A program made the position numbers and the translations under genes. 64,000 bases of DNA from an uncultured Acidobacteriota bacterium. Its GTDB lineage: Bacteria > Acidobacteriota > Blastocatellia > RBC074. Where the stretch lies: positions 576,001-640,000 of the forward strand of contig CAWCKY010000002.1 of NCBI GenBank assembly GCA_963796275.1, in the 5' to 3' direction. Under the pieces are notes generated by a model, which made no database searches, had not been told where the DNA came from, and worked only from the letters and a program-made list of their open reading frames with translations. This document shows positions 50,277 through 63,844 of the stretch, piece by piece (within the stretch, counting starts at the first letter, position 1; each line of letters opens with the position of its first letter).

Positions 50277-53200
50277 TTAAAAGGAAATTCTCAATCCGAA
50301 CTGAATACTTCGACTGCCTGCTCTCAATCCGATAATCTTCCCGAAGTCCCTATCGGTCACGCCGCCAACCGGATCCCCATATTGCGTCGTGTTGAAGGCG
50401 TTGTAGAATTCCGCCCTGAATTGCACGTTCACTCGCTCCTTGATCAGCTGGCTGCGGGAGAGCATGAGATCGAAAGTTTTGATACCCGGCCCTCGAAGAT
50501 TCGGCTGTGTACGCGAATCACTCCCCAATGTGAACGGCCGGGCAACCTCGAATGCCGTCTTATCGAACCAACTGTTGATCGTCTGTTCCCCGTTCGGCAA
50601 TATGGGTGACCTCAATTTGACTGCTGTCGCTCCGACACCGGGCAATGACGTGGCGCCAGGCGCGGTAATGACCACCGGTATCCCACTGGCGAAATTGGTG
50701 ATTCCCGAGATCTGCCAATTGCCCAGCAGATGGCCCGCCCAACCTCTCGCCAGCCATCTCTTCCCCGGTCCAAGCGGAAATTGGTAGACATAGCTCAACG
50801 CCAATATCTGAGGTCGATCATATTCGGCAACCGATCGAGAGAGCGCGAGGTTGTTCGGGTCGATATAGTTTGCACGTGAGTAAAAATTCTCCGACACATT
50901 GTTGATCTGCTTGCTCACCGTATAAGCAGCCTGGAATAGCAACCCATGGCCAAACCTCTTATCCACTCGCACCGTCATGCCGTGGTAGATCGAGTCTCCC
51001 GCGGCATCGACGTTTCGGTAGACATCCGTGTAATGTGGGTATGGCCTCAGAAGTTGCGACCGGCGTATTCTCTCAGCGCTTAATGGGCCGGTGGTGATTT
51101 GACCGAAGTACGGGTTATTCACCAGCTCATTCAACCCGTTTTCCAAAGAAAGGTGATCTGTGCTGACGGCATTCTGGTTACGCGCGATCCAGATGCGCTG
51201 CCCCCGGTTGCCGATATAAGCAAGCTCAATCAGCATATCCCGCGTCAGCGTTCGCTGGATGTTGAGGTTCCATTGATGGTTGAACGGTGTCACCCAATCG
51301 CGGAGCATCGTGTTGATGCCGGCCCCTACGCCAGTCGTTGGAGGAGGTATAAATCCACTGATGAACGGATTCGCCAAAGAAGCCCCTTCAGGCGGTGTAT
51401 TGGGCGCTTCGGGCGCCTGGCCCAGGAAGACCGGAGTACGCGTGAGGAATCCGTCTCCCAAAGCGATTACACCGGATCCTATCCCACCGCTGCCCGGGAA
51501 ATAAAAGAGACCATAGCCGATACGCAGAACCGTATCTTTCTTAAACTCCCAGGCCAGTCCAAATCGCGGTGCGAAGTTGTTCCGGTCCGGATCGAATTGA
51601 TGACGCGTGTTGCCGTCGCGCCCTGCGTAACGCAGGACGCCTTTCTCCCCCGTGATCGGTTCGATGGCGTCGGGGTCGAAGTAAGCCAACTGATCGAATC
51701 GATCGGTCCAAGGTGACTGATATTCCCAACGCATCCCTAAATTGAGCGTGAGGCGGCGGCCCACTTTCCAGTCATCTTGCGCGTACCAGGCATAGTATTT
51801 TTGCGATGCGGCCAGGGTCGGGTCATCTGAGATAAGTCCTCCGGTCGGTGCGCCGAGCAGAAGCGTGGCCACACCGTGACCTGATGAGGCATTTGCAACG
51901 AGAGGGTTCGGCCCCTGCGTGAACTCGCGCCCGAACGAATAGGAGCCCGACGGCTGTTCCGGGCGGAAGATGTTGAATGCGGTGAACATGAGGTCAAAAC
52001 CCGTTTTCACCGAATGGTCTCCGCGTTGCCAGGTGAAATGCCCCTGGGCTTCTCCGGTATTCTCGGCATCGGTGAAATAGAATGCCCTGTCCGGCCCCAG
52101 AGGGATCTACATCGGAGATATTGAATCGCGGGAAGAGGAGGGTCTTGGAATAATTTTTTAGTGATTCGGAAAATCCGAGTTGCGTGAAATCGAATCCGAC
52201 GCTCTCAGGAGTCAGGACAAACAGGGCGCGCGCGAAACTGGCGCGGAACTCTGCGACCAGGTTCGGATTGAGTGTGATCGTATCCCCCAGAATAAAGGCT
52301 CGCGGATGGAACTCGAATACTCCTCCATTAGCGGGGAACGCTTCGTTGAGGCTGGGCGTCACCGGTTCGCCATCCTGCCTACCATAACTCATAAACAGTT
52401 TATGGCTCTTCCCGAGGTTGTGGTCGACGCGGAAAAACATCTTCCACTGATCATTTATGCTTGAACCACCGGTCTGGACGAAGTTCTGCGTCAGCGTCGA
52501 TCTGTTCGGAAGCGGGTAGTACTCCAGCACCCGACGAGCGATCGGATCGATCCGGTCGGGACAAATCACATTGAGCCTGTCACCACAACTGATCTGTTGG
52601 CGAAGGTATATGGATTGGCCGGGCCTATCCGGATCGGGTACCGTTACTGTTGTGCGCGGATTTGGATCAAAGATTTTGATAAGGTTGCCGTTGTTATCGA
52701 ACGTCTGTGAAAAATCGCCGGCGCGCTCCAGGGCAGTCGGTACAGTAGCAACGAGTTGGTATGGTGAACGCGATTTAGTCTGTTCCCAGTTGACGAAGAA
52801 GAAAGTCCGGTCGTGCCCGTTGTAAAGCCGCGGCAGGTAGACCGGTCCGCTCACCGAAAATCCATATTCGTTCCGTCGAAACGGAGTGCGGTCCACGCCG
52901 CGCAGATTGTTGAAGAATGAGTTGGCGTTCAGCTTGTCGTTTTGCAGGTACTCGTAGAAGCTGCCGTGCAGAGCGTTGGTCCCCGAACGAGTGCTGGCTG
53001 TCAGCACACCGCCGCCCGATCGCCCGAATTCAGCCGACATGCTGTTGGTGATGACTTTGAATTCCCCCACTGCCTCCAGAGGCGGTGTGTAGGCGATCCC
53101 GCCTGAAGTGGTGTTGCGCGTCTCGGCGCCGTCGAGCAATATTTCTGTGGTGCTTATTCGGCCGCCATTGATCAGGGATCCGGCCCCCCCACCGACGATG

Positions 53201-53712
53201 GGGGCCACACCTGGCGCCAGCGTCAACAGATCGTAAGGGTTGCGACCGGCCGTGGGCAATTGGATGATCTGACTGCTCACGAACACATTGCCGAGTGTCG
53301 CGGTTTGACGTTCGAGTTGCACGGAAGTGGCTGTCACCGTCACCGCATCGAGCTGCAATGTTCCAGGCGCAAGTGAGACATTGATCGTGGCCGTCAGCCC
53401 CACGGTGATCACGATTCCTACAACGCGCCCTTTGCTGAATCCCTGACTCTCCACAGTCAACTCATACTGTCCAATCGGCAGGTATGGCACACGGTAATGC
53501 CCCTCCTCATTGGTCCGGGTCTCCCGCTTAACCCCCGTCTGGGTGTGAGTAACGACGATCAGCGCGCTGGGAACGATTGCTCCCGACTGATCCGTCACTG
53601 TCCCGGTAATGGTACCCTGGTCTATCTGAGCGAATGCCGTCGATGTAAACCCATAGAAAAAAAATACAAGTATTGCCGTGGCTGATGGCAAACGCCAACC
53701 GTGACGCCTCAT
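50277..53712 (-). CDS. TonB-dependent receptor, tandem paralog of 46657-50085, with a +1 frameshift at 52102-52104
   Basis: Removing one G joins ..NISDVDPLGPDRAFYFTDAENTGEAQGHFTW.., matching the paralog's NIADVASLGPDRASYFTDAENAGELQGHFTW. Confidence 0.88.
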
Positions 53713-53983
53713 TTGTGCCTCCCGCGTTGTTCGGATTATTTGGAGATTTTGATGAATGAAAAATTCGATGCAAAGCCGCGAAGACGCATGTTAGTCAGAG
53801 GTTAGAAGTCATTTAGAGCCCCCTACCTATTGACCTTATCTCTCAGCAGCCTTGCATCAATAAAATCCCAATGCCTAGTTGTATTCGGTTGTAGATCGAT
53901 CATCGATCAACCCTCGAAAATCGCTGGAGTTGTTGATCAATGATAATCGGATGGATTATAGTGTCGATTAGAAAAACCCGGGA

Positions 53984-54107
53984 GTGACATAGAGTAAACA
54001 CAGGTAAATGGACGGGTAACACGGGCTACTTCTAAAAGATAGTAAACACATCTCTTGGTCGGTTTACGGCAAACTCAGTAAGTAAAAAAAGTAATGTTAC
54101 GGTAAAC
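53984..54107. promoter_or_regulatory. Cluster of GTAA(A/C) direct repeats in the divergent promoter region
   Basis: gtgac 53984, gtaaac 53994, gtaaat 54004, gtaac 54016, gtaaac 54042, gtttac 54062, gtaaac 54102; the first four are spaced 10-12 bp apart. Confidence 0.45.
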
Positions 54108-54163
54108 CGGGGTCTGAATATTTCTAGACCTCCGGCCCCATCCATCTGCACTGGTTACATCTG

Positions 54164-55603
54164 ATGAAGAAATCAGCTATTCGCACTATGAAGGGTGATC
54201 TCTTAGTCGATGAGAGACTACTCGCGCTCCAGCAAATCCTGCAGAGCAAAACCTTCTCGGGCTGCGATACGATCCAGCAAATTTTGAGGTTCATCGTCGA
54301 GAAGTCGATTGCCGAACGTGTAGGCGAGATCAAAGAATACACGATTGCGACCGAAGTCCTCGGGCGGCCCAAAGAATTCAATTCTAAAGATGACAACATC
54401 GTCCGCGTTCAGGTGCATCGGCTGCGCAAAAAACTGGATGAGTATTACAAGGGCGAAGGTGCCAGAGACCAGGTGCAGATATTCATCCCCAGGGGCCATT
54501 ATTATCCCCAATATCTGAGGCCTCAGTTGGAGCCATTGCCACTGCCGCCACAACCAGCTCAGTTGCCCCAGTTGCCCCAGTTGTCCCAGTCAATCGGACA
54601 GGGGGATATCGAATCCACCGCGGCCGCCACTGCTCTCACAAATAAAGGTGCGAAGCCGCCGCACTACTCGATGGTGTTAAGTTGGAAGGGGCTGGTTATT
54701 GCACTGATCGTTTTAAACCTGGTGTTCATCGCATATTACTTCGTCAGTTCCAGGGTGGAGAGCCAGCCGCACATGTCGGCACTGCTCAGGCGATCGCTGT
54801 CTTCGGTCTGGCGACCGTTTATAACTACCGATAATCCTCCGCTGATCGTCTACAGCAATGCATTGTTCCTCATGAGCGAACAAGGCGACCTCTATCGGTA
54901 TTACGCCGAGACGAGTCACTCGCTCTCGATGGGAGCAGAGGTCCCGAGCCTGGTGGGATTGGAGCGTCGAGGTCCAGTTCCCAACCGGGTCGGGCCGTTA
55001 TACTATTCCGACTCGTATACCGGCATTGGAGAAGTGGTAGGGGCCGGTAAGATCGCTTTCCTGCTGGCGCGCAGCGGGCAGGATTTTTTGATCAAGCGCA
55101 GCCGGATCACCTCCTACGAAGACATCAGGAATCACAACGTGATATTTCTCGGCGCCAGCCTCGAGGATTCGATCCTGGGGAAATTGCCGGTCGAGAGCGA
55201 CCTGGTCTTTGAAGAGCCGATGGGCAAAGAATTCGTCGGCAAGCTGGCGATCAAGGACCGCCATCCGACGCCAGGTAAGCCGGCAATCTATGAATTTCAA
55301 CGTGACGAAAAGACTAAGGCCCTTCAATCCGAATATGCGTTGATCAGCCTGCTTCCGGGAGTGTTGCCCGATCAACATATCCTGATCCTTGCCGGCCTCT
55401 CGACGCTCGGCACTCAGGCCGCAGCGGAGTTCGCCACCTCCGAAGCGAGCATGCTCACGCTTGAGAAAGTCTGGGCTGCAGGAGGAGATGTACCTCTGCC
55501 GCCATACTTCCAGGCGCTGCTCGAGGTCCAGATAAGGGACGGGATTGCCGTAAAAACCAATTGCCTGCTCGTGCGTGACCTGAATCGCAATAAGCAATCG
55601 TGA
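54164..55603 (+). CDS. Membrane-anchored one-component regulator (N-terminal winged-helix-like domain, single TM, extracytoplasmic domain)
   Basis: IKEYTIATEVLGR..F...DD.IVRVQVHRLRKKL.EYY..I.IPRG.Y.P; TM LVIALIVLNLVFIAYYFV. Confidence 0.75.
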   Translation: MKKSAIRTMKGDLLVDERLLALQQILQSKTFSGCDTIQQILRFIVEKSIAERVGEIKEYTIATEVLGRPKEFNSKDDNIVRVQVHRLRKKLDEYYKGEGARDQVQIFIPRGHYYPQYLRPQLEPLPLPPQPAQLPQLPQLSQSIGQGDIESTAAATALTNKGAKPPHYSMVLSWKGLVIALIVLNLVFIAYYFVSSRVESQPHMSALLRRSLSSVWRPFITTDNPPLIVYSNALFLMSEQGDLYRYYAETSHSLSMGAEVPSLVGLERRGPVPNRVGPLYYSDSYTGIGEVVGAGKIAFLLARSGQDFLIKRSRITSYEDIRNHNVIFLGASLEDSILGKLPVESDLVFEEPMGKEFVGKLAIKDRHPTPGKPAIYEFQRDEKTKALQSEYALISLLPGVLPDQHILILAGLSTLGTQAAAEFATSEASMLTLEKVWAAGGDVPLPPYFQALLEVQIRDGIAVKTNCLLVRDLNRNKQS

Positions 55604-55605
55604 TA

Positions 55606-57105
55606 ATGACATTAGATCAGACCCCCGATGGCCAAGCCGCACGCAATCGCCCAATCCCATTCTGGACGGCGTTGATTCTCGTTTCTGGCGTTTCCAGAAT
55701 TCTGGGCGCCTTCCTCCTGCCGAATGCGTTCGGAGACGCCTACGCGTATTTCGAAGTTATCGAGGTCATGCGCTCGAAAATTGCCGACGGCACGTTTGCC
55801 ATAAAAGACCTGTATGGATTCTGGTTCCCGATGTATCAAATCACGTGTGCCGGGATCAGCTACATCTTCGGTCACGCGTTTTACGTGTCGAAGCTGGTAT
55901 CTGCGATCTGTGGAATCGGTGTCTGCCTGCTCGTTTATCTGATCACGATACGTCTGACAGATCATCGCCCGCTCGCTTTACTGGCATTTGCGCTGACATC
56001 TTTCAGTCCCCTTCATATTCTGTATTCTGCGTCATCGATGACTGACATTCCGCACTCTTTCCTGGTGATGGCCTGCCTCTACGCCGCTCTGGAGAACCGA
56101 TGGAAGACTGCGGCGGGGTTTGCAGCAGCCGCGGGCTTCATGCGTATCGAGAGTTGGATATTGATCGCCCTGCTGCCGGCGCTGGAATTCTTTTTCCAGC
56201 GCAGCGTTTCTCTGACAGCCTGCGGAATTATGGCTATTTCACCTCTCTTCTGGTTCTACATCTCCTGGAAAGCGACCGGTACCACAATGGCATACTTCGA
56301 AGTACGCAACCGCTACATCGCCGAATATGCCGCGGCCAATCCGGTCGTCACGACTTTTTCGCCTCAGCGTCTCATCCTGGACGCGAAGAGGTTGCTCATC
56401 TCAACCAATCTCGGTGTGCTGTGCGGCTGTTTGTTCGCCGCACTGTCGATCCTCCGGCGATTGGTTCGGTCAAAATTCAAGAGGCCCACGCACAATTTCG
56501 CCGCCTTGATAGCGACGACTACGTTCTTTTTTTACAATCTGGGCTTTTTGCTATTCGCCTATTTCACGGGCCGCCAGCCCGATATCTGGAGCAGATACGG
56601 ACTTCTCTTCTTTACCCTGGGTTTGCCGGTGACTGCCTGGACTTACCTCACTGTCACCAGAGAGAGGCCGAGATTGAAGTTCATCGTGGCGGCGGCGCTA
56701 TCGATCATCTTCGTACTCCAAATGAAAGGCCAGTTCGGCGAAATGGCCTCAGTCGTGGGCGAGGAGACCGCGCGAATAGATATTGCCGCTTATCTCAAAA
56801 GGGTTCACCGGGATGATCCAGGGTCGCGCATCTACTGTGAAGATGGGAACGTGCGATTCCACACTGGTATTCCGGGGGACAGGTTCCTCACCGCTTACCA
56901 ACTGCCCGCCGATAGCTCCTCCCTCTTGAAGCGCTTCGACGAAGCCGGCGTGAAATACGTCGTAAGTAACACCTGGGAGGTTTCCCAACTGATCAAATTG
57001 TTCCCGGACGTGGGAGAGGGAAAAGGTAACGAAATATTCCATCCGGTTATGCGGGCGGGCGCAAGTTACTCTAAGTTGGAATTTTGGGTGTACCGCTATC
57101 GATGA
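55606..57105 (+). CDS. GT-C-type (ArnT/PMT, GT39/83-like) membrane glycosyltransferase
   Basis: GDAYAY loop, WFPMY, TDIP, RIESW and many TM helices. Confidence 0.7.
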   Translation: MTLDQTPDGQAARNRPIPFWTALILVSGVSRILGAFLLPNAFGDAYAYFEVIEVMRSKIADGTFAIKDLYGFWFPMYQITCAGISYIFGHAFYVSKLVSAICGIGVCLLVYLITIRLTDHRPLALLAFALTSFSPLHILYSASSMTDIPHSFLVMACLYAALENRWKTAAGFAAAAGFMRIESWILIALLPALEFFFQRSVSLTACGIMAISPLFWFYISWKATGTTMAYFEVRNRYIAEYAAANPVVTTFSPQRLILDAKRLLISTNLGVLCGCLFAALSILRRLVRSKFKRPTHNFAALIATTTFFFYNLGFLLFAYFTGRQPDIWSRYGLLFFTLGLPVTAWTYLTVTRERPRLKFIVAAALSIIFVLQMKGQFGEMASVVGEETARIDIAAYLKRVHRDDPGSRIYCEDGNVRFHTGIPGDRFLTAYQLPADSSSLLKRFDEAGVKYVVSNTWEVSQLIKLFPDVGEGKGNEIFHPVMRAGASYSKLEFWVYRYR

Positions 57106-57250
57106 ATTTATCTGTTTCTTTTCCCCCGCTGGTTCCCTCGATTCTCCCCCTTGCGCAAATACCCCTTCTGAAATAGAGTCTCCGCCACCTCGATACTACG
57201 AGGCTTGGGGCACGTAGAAGGGCAAAGAAATGCATGTAGGAGATCAATTG

Positions 57251-58195
57251 ATGGCAAGCTGGCAAGCTCGCGCAGTTTCATCGATTATCCGGCTGACGAT
57301 AAAACGCCGCGCCGTGGGAAGCGAGAAAGAGATCGTCCAATTTCTTCGCAGCAAACTCGTCTCGCCTTTATTACCGCGACCTCAGATACCCAAGAGCGCA
57401 ACGGTCAGTCCGGTGAACGAAAATGGTGTGAGAGGAGAATGGGTCGAGTGGGCGAGCGATCCGCAGTCCATCATCTATTATCTTCACGGCGGCGGGTACA
57501 TAACGTGTTCGCCCACGACCCATCGTCCATTCACCGTCGCGTTGTCGCGTGCGGCAAAATCCCGGGTCTTCGCACTCGACTATCGCCTCGCTCCAGAGCA
57601 TCGCTTCCCGGCCGCGGTAGAGGATGCTGTCAACGGATATATCTGGTTGGTAAAAAATGGTTTAGCTCCTGATCGCATCGTCATCGGTGGCGATTCTGCA
57701 GGCGGCGGTTTGACGGTGGCTACACTGGTTGCCCTGCGTGATGCCGGCGAAAAATTGCCGCGCGCCGCCTTCTGCCTATCGCCATGGACGGATATGGAGG
57801 GGACCGGGCAATCGTTGAAAACCAACGACCATTGCGACTCGATGTTTTATGGCGATAGCATTCGAAAGGTTGCACCGATCTATTTGGGAGACCGTTCAGC
57901 GACCGATCCGCTCGCGTCTCCGATCTATGCCGATCTGTCGAACCTGCCTCCTATGCTGATCTATGCGAGCAGCAGCGAAGTGCTACTCGATGATTCAGTC
58001 AGACTGGCCGAGCGCGCGAGAAAATACGGGGTCGGCGTTGACCTGCGCATCTGGAACGACCTGCCGCACGCATGGCCATTCCTGGTGGCTTTCAAAGTAC
58101 CCGAAGCGCGCAAGGCGATTGACGAAATAGCATTTTTTATAAATGGCAATAAGGCAGCCCCGGACGATCAACTCAACCCGATCCATCAGGGCTAA
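57251..58195 (+). CDS. Hormone-sensitive-lipase family (family IV) esterase
   Basis: HGGGY, DYRLAPEHRFPA, GDSAGG, LSPW.D, EVLLDDS, HAW. Confidence 0.92.
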   Translation: MASWQARAVSSIIRLTIKRRAVGSEKEIVQFLRSKLVSPLLPRPQIPKSATVSPVNENGVRGEWVEWASDPQSIIYYLHGGGYITCSPTTHRPFTVALSRAAKSRVFALDYRLAPEHRFPAAVEDAVNGYIWLVKNGLAPDRIVIGGDSAGGGLTVATLVALRDAGEKLPRAAFCLSPWTDMEGTGQSLKTNDHCDSMFYGDSIRKVAPIYLGDRSATDPLASPIYADLSNLPPMLIYASSSEVLLDDSVRLAERARKYGVGVDLRIWNDLPHAWPFLVAFKVPEARKAIDEIAFFINGNKAAPDDQLNPIHQG

Positions 58196-58302
58196 AAAGT
58201 CGATCTGACGTTGACAATGATCTATTCGCTCATTTGCGATCTAATGATATTCTATATGCATTGAAATCAGCCCCAAACTTGAACCTGTATTACGAAAAGA
58301 CA

Positions 58303-59673
58303 ATGACTGAGAAAACACAAGCAAGCGGACATCTCGTCCTTCTAGTCGGCGCAGGGCCGGCGGGCATATACAGCGCCCGCAAACTTACGGATGCCGGTCA
58401 CGAGGTAGTCATCATCAACCGCGACATCAAACCCGGCGGGCTGGTCGAATATGGCATCTATTTCAATAAGCACAAACTCAAAGAGGGCGTGAGGCAACAG
58501 TTTCGCAAGATCCTGACGGATCCGCGCGTACATTACCTCGGCCACATCAAGATAGGCGAAGGGACCAGTCTGAATCTGACCGAACTACGAGAAATACTAA
58601 ATCCATCAGCAATCGTAATAGCCTGCGGTGCGCAGGGAACGAAAGCACTCGGCATCCCCGGGGACGACGCATCCGGAATCTATCACGCGAAAGATGTTGT
58701 CTATCATTACAACGGGTTGCCGCCATTCAGCGAGCGCGAATTCAAGATCGGCGAGCGCGTCGCCATCATCGGCATCGGCAACGTAATGGTCGACATCGCT
58801 CACTGGCTGGTTCACGTCAAAAAAATAAAAGAGGTAATCGCGGTCGCCCGCCGCGGTCCGGCTCAGCGCGCCTATACCGATGTCGAGATACAGGCCGTCT
58901 CCGCCAATATCGACACGACGGCATTACGGCAGGAGCTCGAACGCATCCGCCCGCGACTTGAAGCCGTCGGAGAGGATATCGACGCGATTTACACTGACCT
59001 GACCAAGCACGTAAATTTGAAGGCCAAGGAGGGCGAAAGCCCGACGCGCATGCTGTTTCGTTTTCTGAGCGCGCCGTCTGAGATTCAACTCGGCAATGGC
59101 GGTGCTCCGCGCGCCTTACGGGTCGAGAACACTGAGCTGATCAGACGTGGCGAAGACCTGAGCGCAAAAGGCCTGGGCAGTTTCGGCGATATTGAAGCCG
59201 ACAATATCATCTTCGCCATCGGAGACAGGGTCGATGAGAACCTAGGATTACCCTGCGGCGGGGTGGAGTACGTGAAAAATCCTCACGCCGATCCGGATCA
59301 TCCCGGCGATGAGGCTTATCAGGTCTTCGATCCTCAAAAAGCAGCAGTCTGTGAAGGAGTATTCGTCATCGGCTGGTCGCGCAAGGCATCCGACGGACTG
59401 GTCGGGAAAGCCAAACAGGACGGTGAACGAGGAATCGCCGTCGTCAATCGCTATCTCGAGAAGGTCGCGCCGGGCTCGGCCAAGACGATCGAAGAGAAAC
59501 TGAAAAATCTCTGCCTGACTTTACAATCGCGCGGCGTGCGCTACGTCGATTATTCCGATGTCCAGAAACTCGAGAGCGTCGAGAAAGATGAGTCGCAGAG
59601 TCGCAGCATTGAGTTCTTCAAATACGCTACCGATGAGGAGATGTTGGCGGCGATCGAGAGAGCTTCTAAATAG
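58303..59673 (+). CDS. Ferredoxin-NADP+ reductase (adrenodoxin reductase/FprA-like)
   Basis: VGAGPAG, GGLVEYGI, IIGIGNV.VDIA, ARRGP, FRFL.AP, GW.R.A..GLVG. Confidence 0.85.
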   Translation: MTEKTQASGHLVLLVGAGPAGIYSARKLTDAGHEVVIINRDIKPGGLVEYGIYFNKHKLKEGVRQQFRKILTDPRVHYLGHIKIGEGTSLNLTELREILNPSAIVIACGAQGTKALGIPGDDASGIYHAKDVVYHYNGLPPFSEREFKIGERVAIIGIGNVMVDIAHWLVHVKKIKEVIAVARRGPAQRAYTDVEIQAVSANIDTTALRQELERIRPRLEAVGEDIDAIYTDLTKHVNLKAKEGESPTRMLFRFLSAPSEIQLGNGGAPRALRVENTELIRRGEDLSAKGLGSFGDIEADNIIFAIGDRVDENLGLPCGGVEYVKNPHADPDHPGDEAYQVFDPQKAAVCEGVFVIGWSRKASDGLVGKAKQDGERGIAVVNRYLEKVAPGSAKTIEEKLKNLCLTLQSRGVRYVDYSDVQKLESVEKDESQSRSIEFFKYATDEEMLAAIERASK

Positions 59674-59881
59674 AGCTTCTAAATAATGATCGAGGTTAAC
59701 CACAAAAATCGCAAAAGGAACAATAATCTATGCTCCGTCGCCATTTTTGCGTTTTTTGTGGGAACCCCATGTATAACCTAATCTGAGCCCTCGCACATAT
59801 TTTGTCATAGTCATAAATTCTATTGACCTTTAAACCCGAAACCACATAGACTCTATTTATATAGGCTAGCTCGTAAATTGT

Positions 59882-59928
59882 CGTTGAAAGCTGCGTTGAA
59901 AGCTGCGTTGAAAGCTGGTTGAAAGCTG
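59882..59928 (+). repeat. Four copies of a 12-bp tandem repeat (CGTTGAAAGCTG)
   Basis: cgttgaaagctg x3, then gttgaaagctg. Confidence 0.9.
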
Positions 59929-59940
59929 ATTGATATAGTA

Positions 59941-59970
59941 AAAATCTATCGATCGATATCGATAGATTTT
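59941..59970. promoter_or_regulatory. Perfect 13-bp inverted repeat (operator-like) upstream of the TBDR
   Basis: AAAATCTATCGAT-cgat-ATCGATAGATTTT. Confidence 0.55.
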
Positions 59971-60152
59971 ACATACAACGCCTGCATTCAGACGGGCAAC
60001 CATCAAACAACACATATCAGAGGTTTGAATAACATTCTCCAGGCTCTAGGCTGGAGAATGGCGCAGACCACATCCTGAAAAATACTCAAACAATACTGAG
60101 TGGGATATGAGAGTAATCTGTATATCCTGCGACAGGTGTATGGAGGAGGTTT

Positions 60153-63587
<3,435 letters not shown>

Positions 63588-63618
63588 AGGTAAATCTCAG
63601 TCATCGGCACTGGGAAAA

Positions 63619-63677
63619 TAGAAGGAGACAAGGGGAATTGGAACTGCGGTTTCACTTCCCCTGTCTCCTTCTACTTT
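63619..63677 (+). terminator. Hairpin downstream of the TBDR, probable terminator
   Basis: tagaaggagacaagggga ... tcccctgtctccttcta followed by cttt. Confidence 0.55.
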
Positions 63678-63844
63678 ATGCGTATTCGCAGTTTTCGCGT
63701 GAGCAGCATCTCATAAACCCCATCAATCCGGATGTAACTATTTACATCAACAGATCGCCGTTATACTATTTCCTCTTGTCTTGAAGTTCTTACCCCCGCT
63801 TCAACATTGTTACATCTGCCATTGAAAATTAAGGAGAATCGCGC

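Noticed and set aside
58303-59673. FNR as part of the terpene cluster's electron chain
   Set aside because: It lies about 14 kb away behind unrelated genes; nothing in the sequence links them.
59882-59928. Possible CRISPR array
   Set aside because: The 12-bp units are directly adjacent with no spacers, and there are no cas genes. The same applies to 20136-20177.
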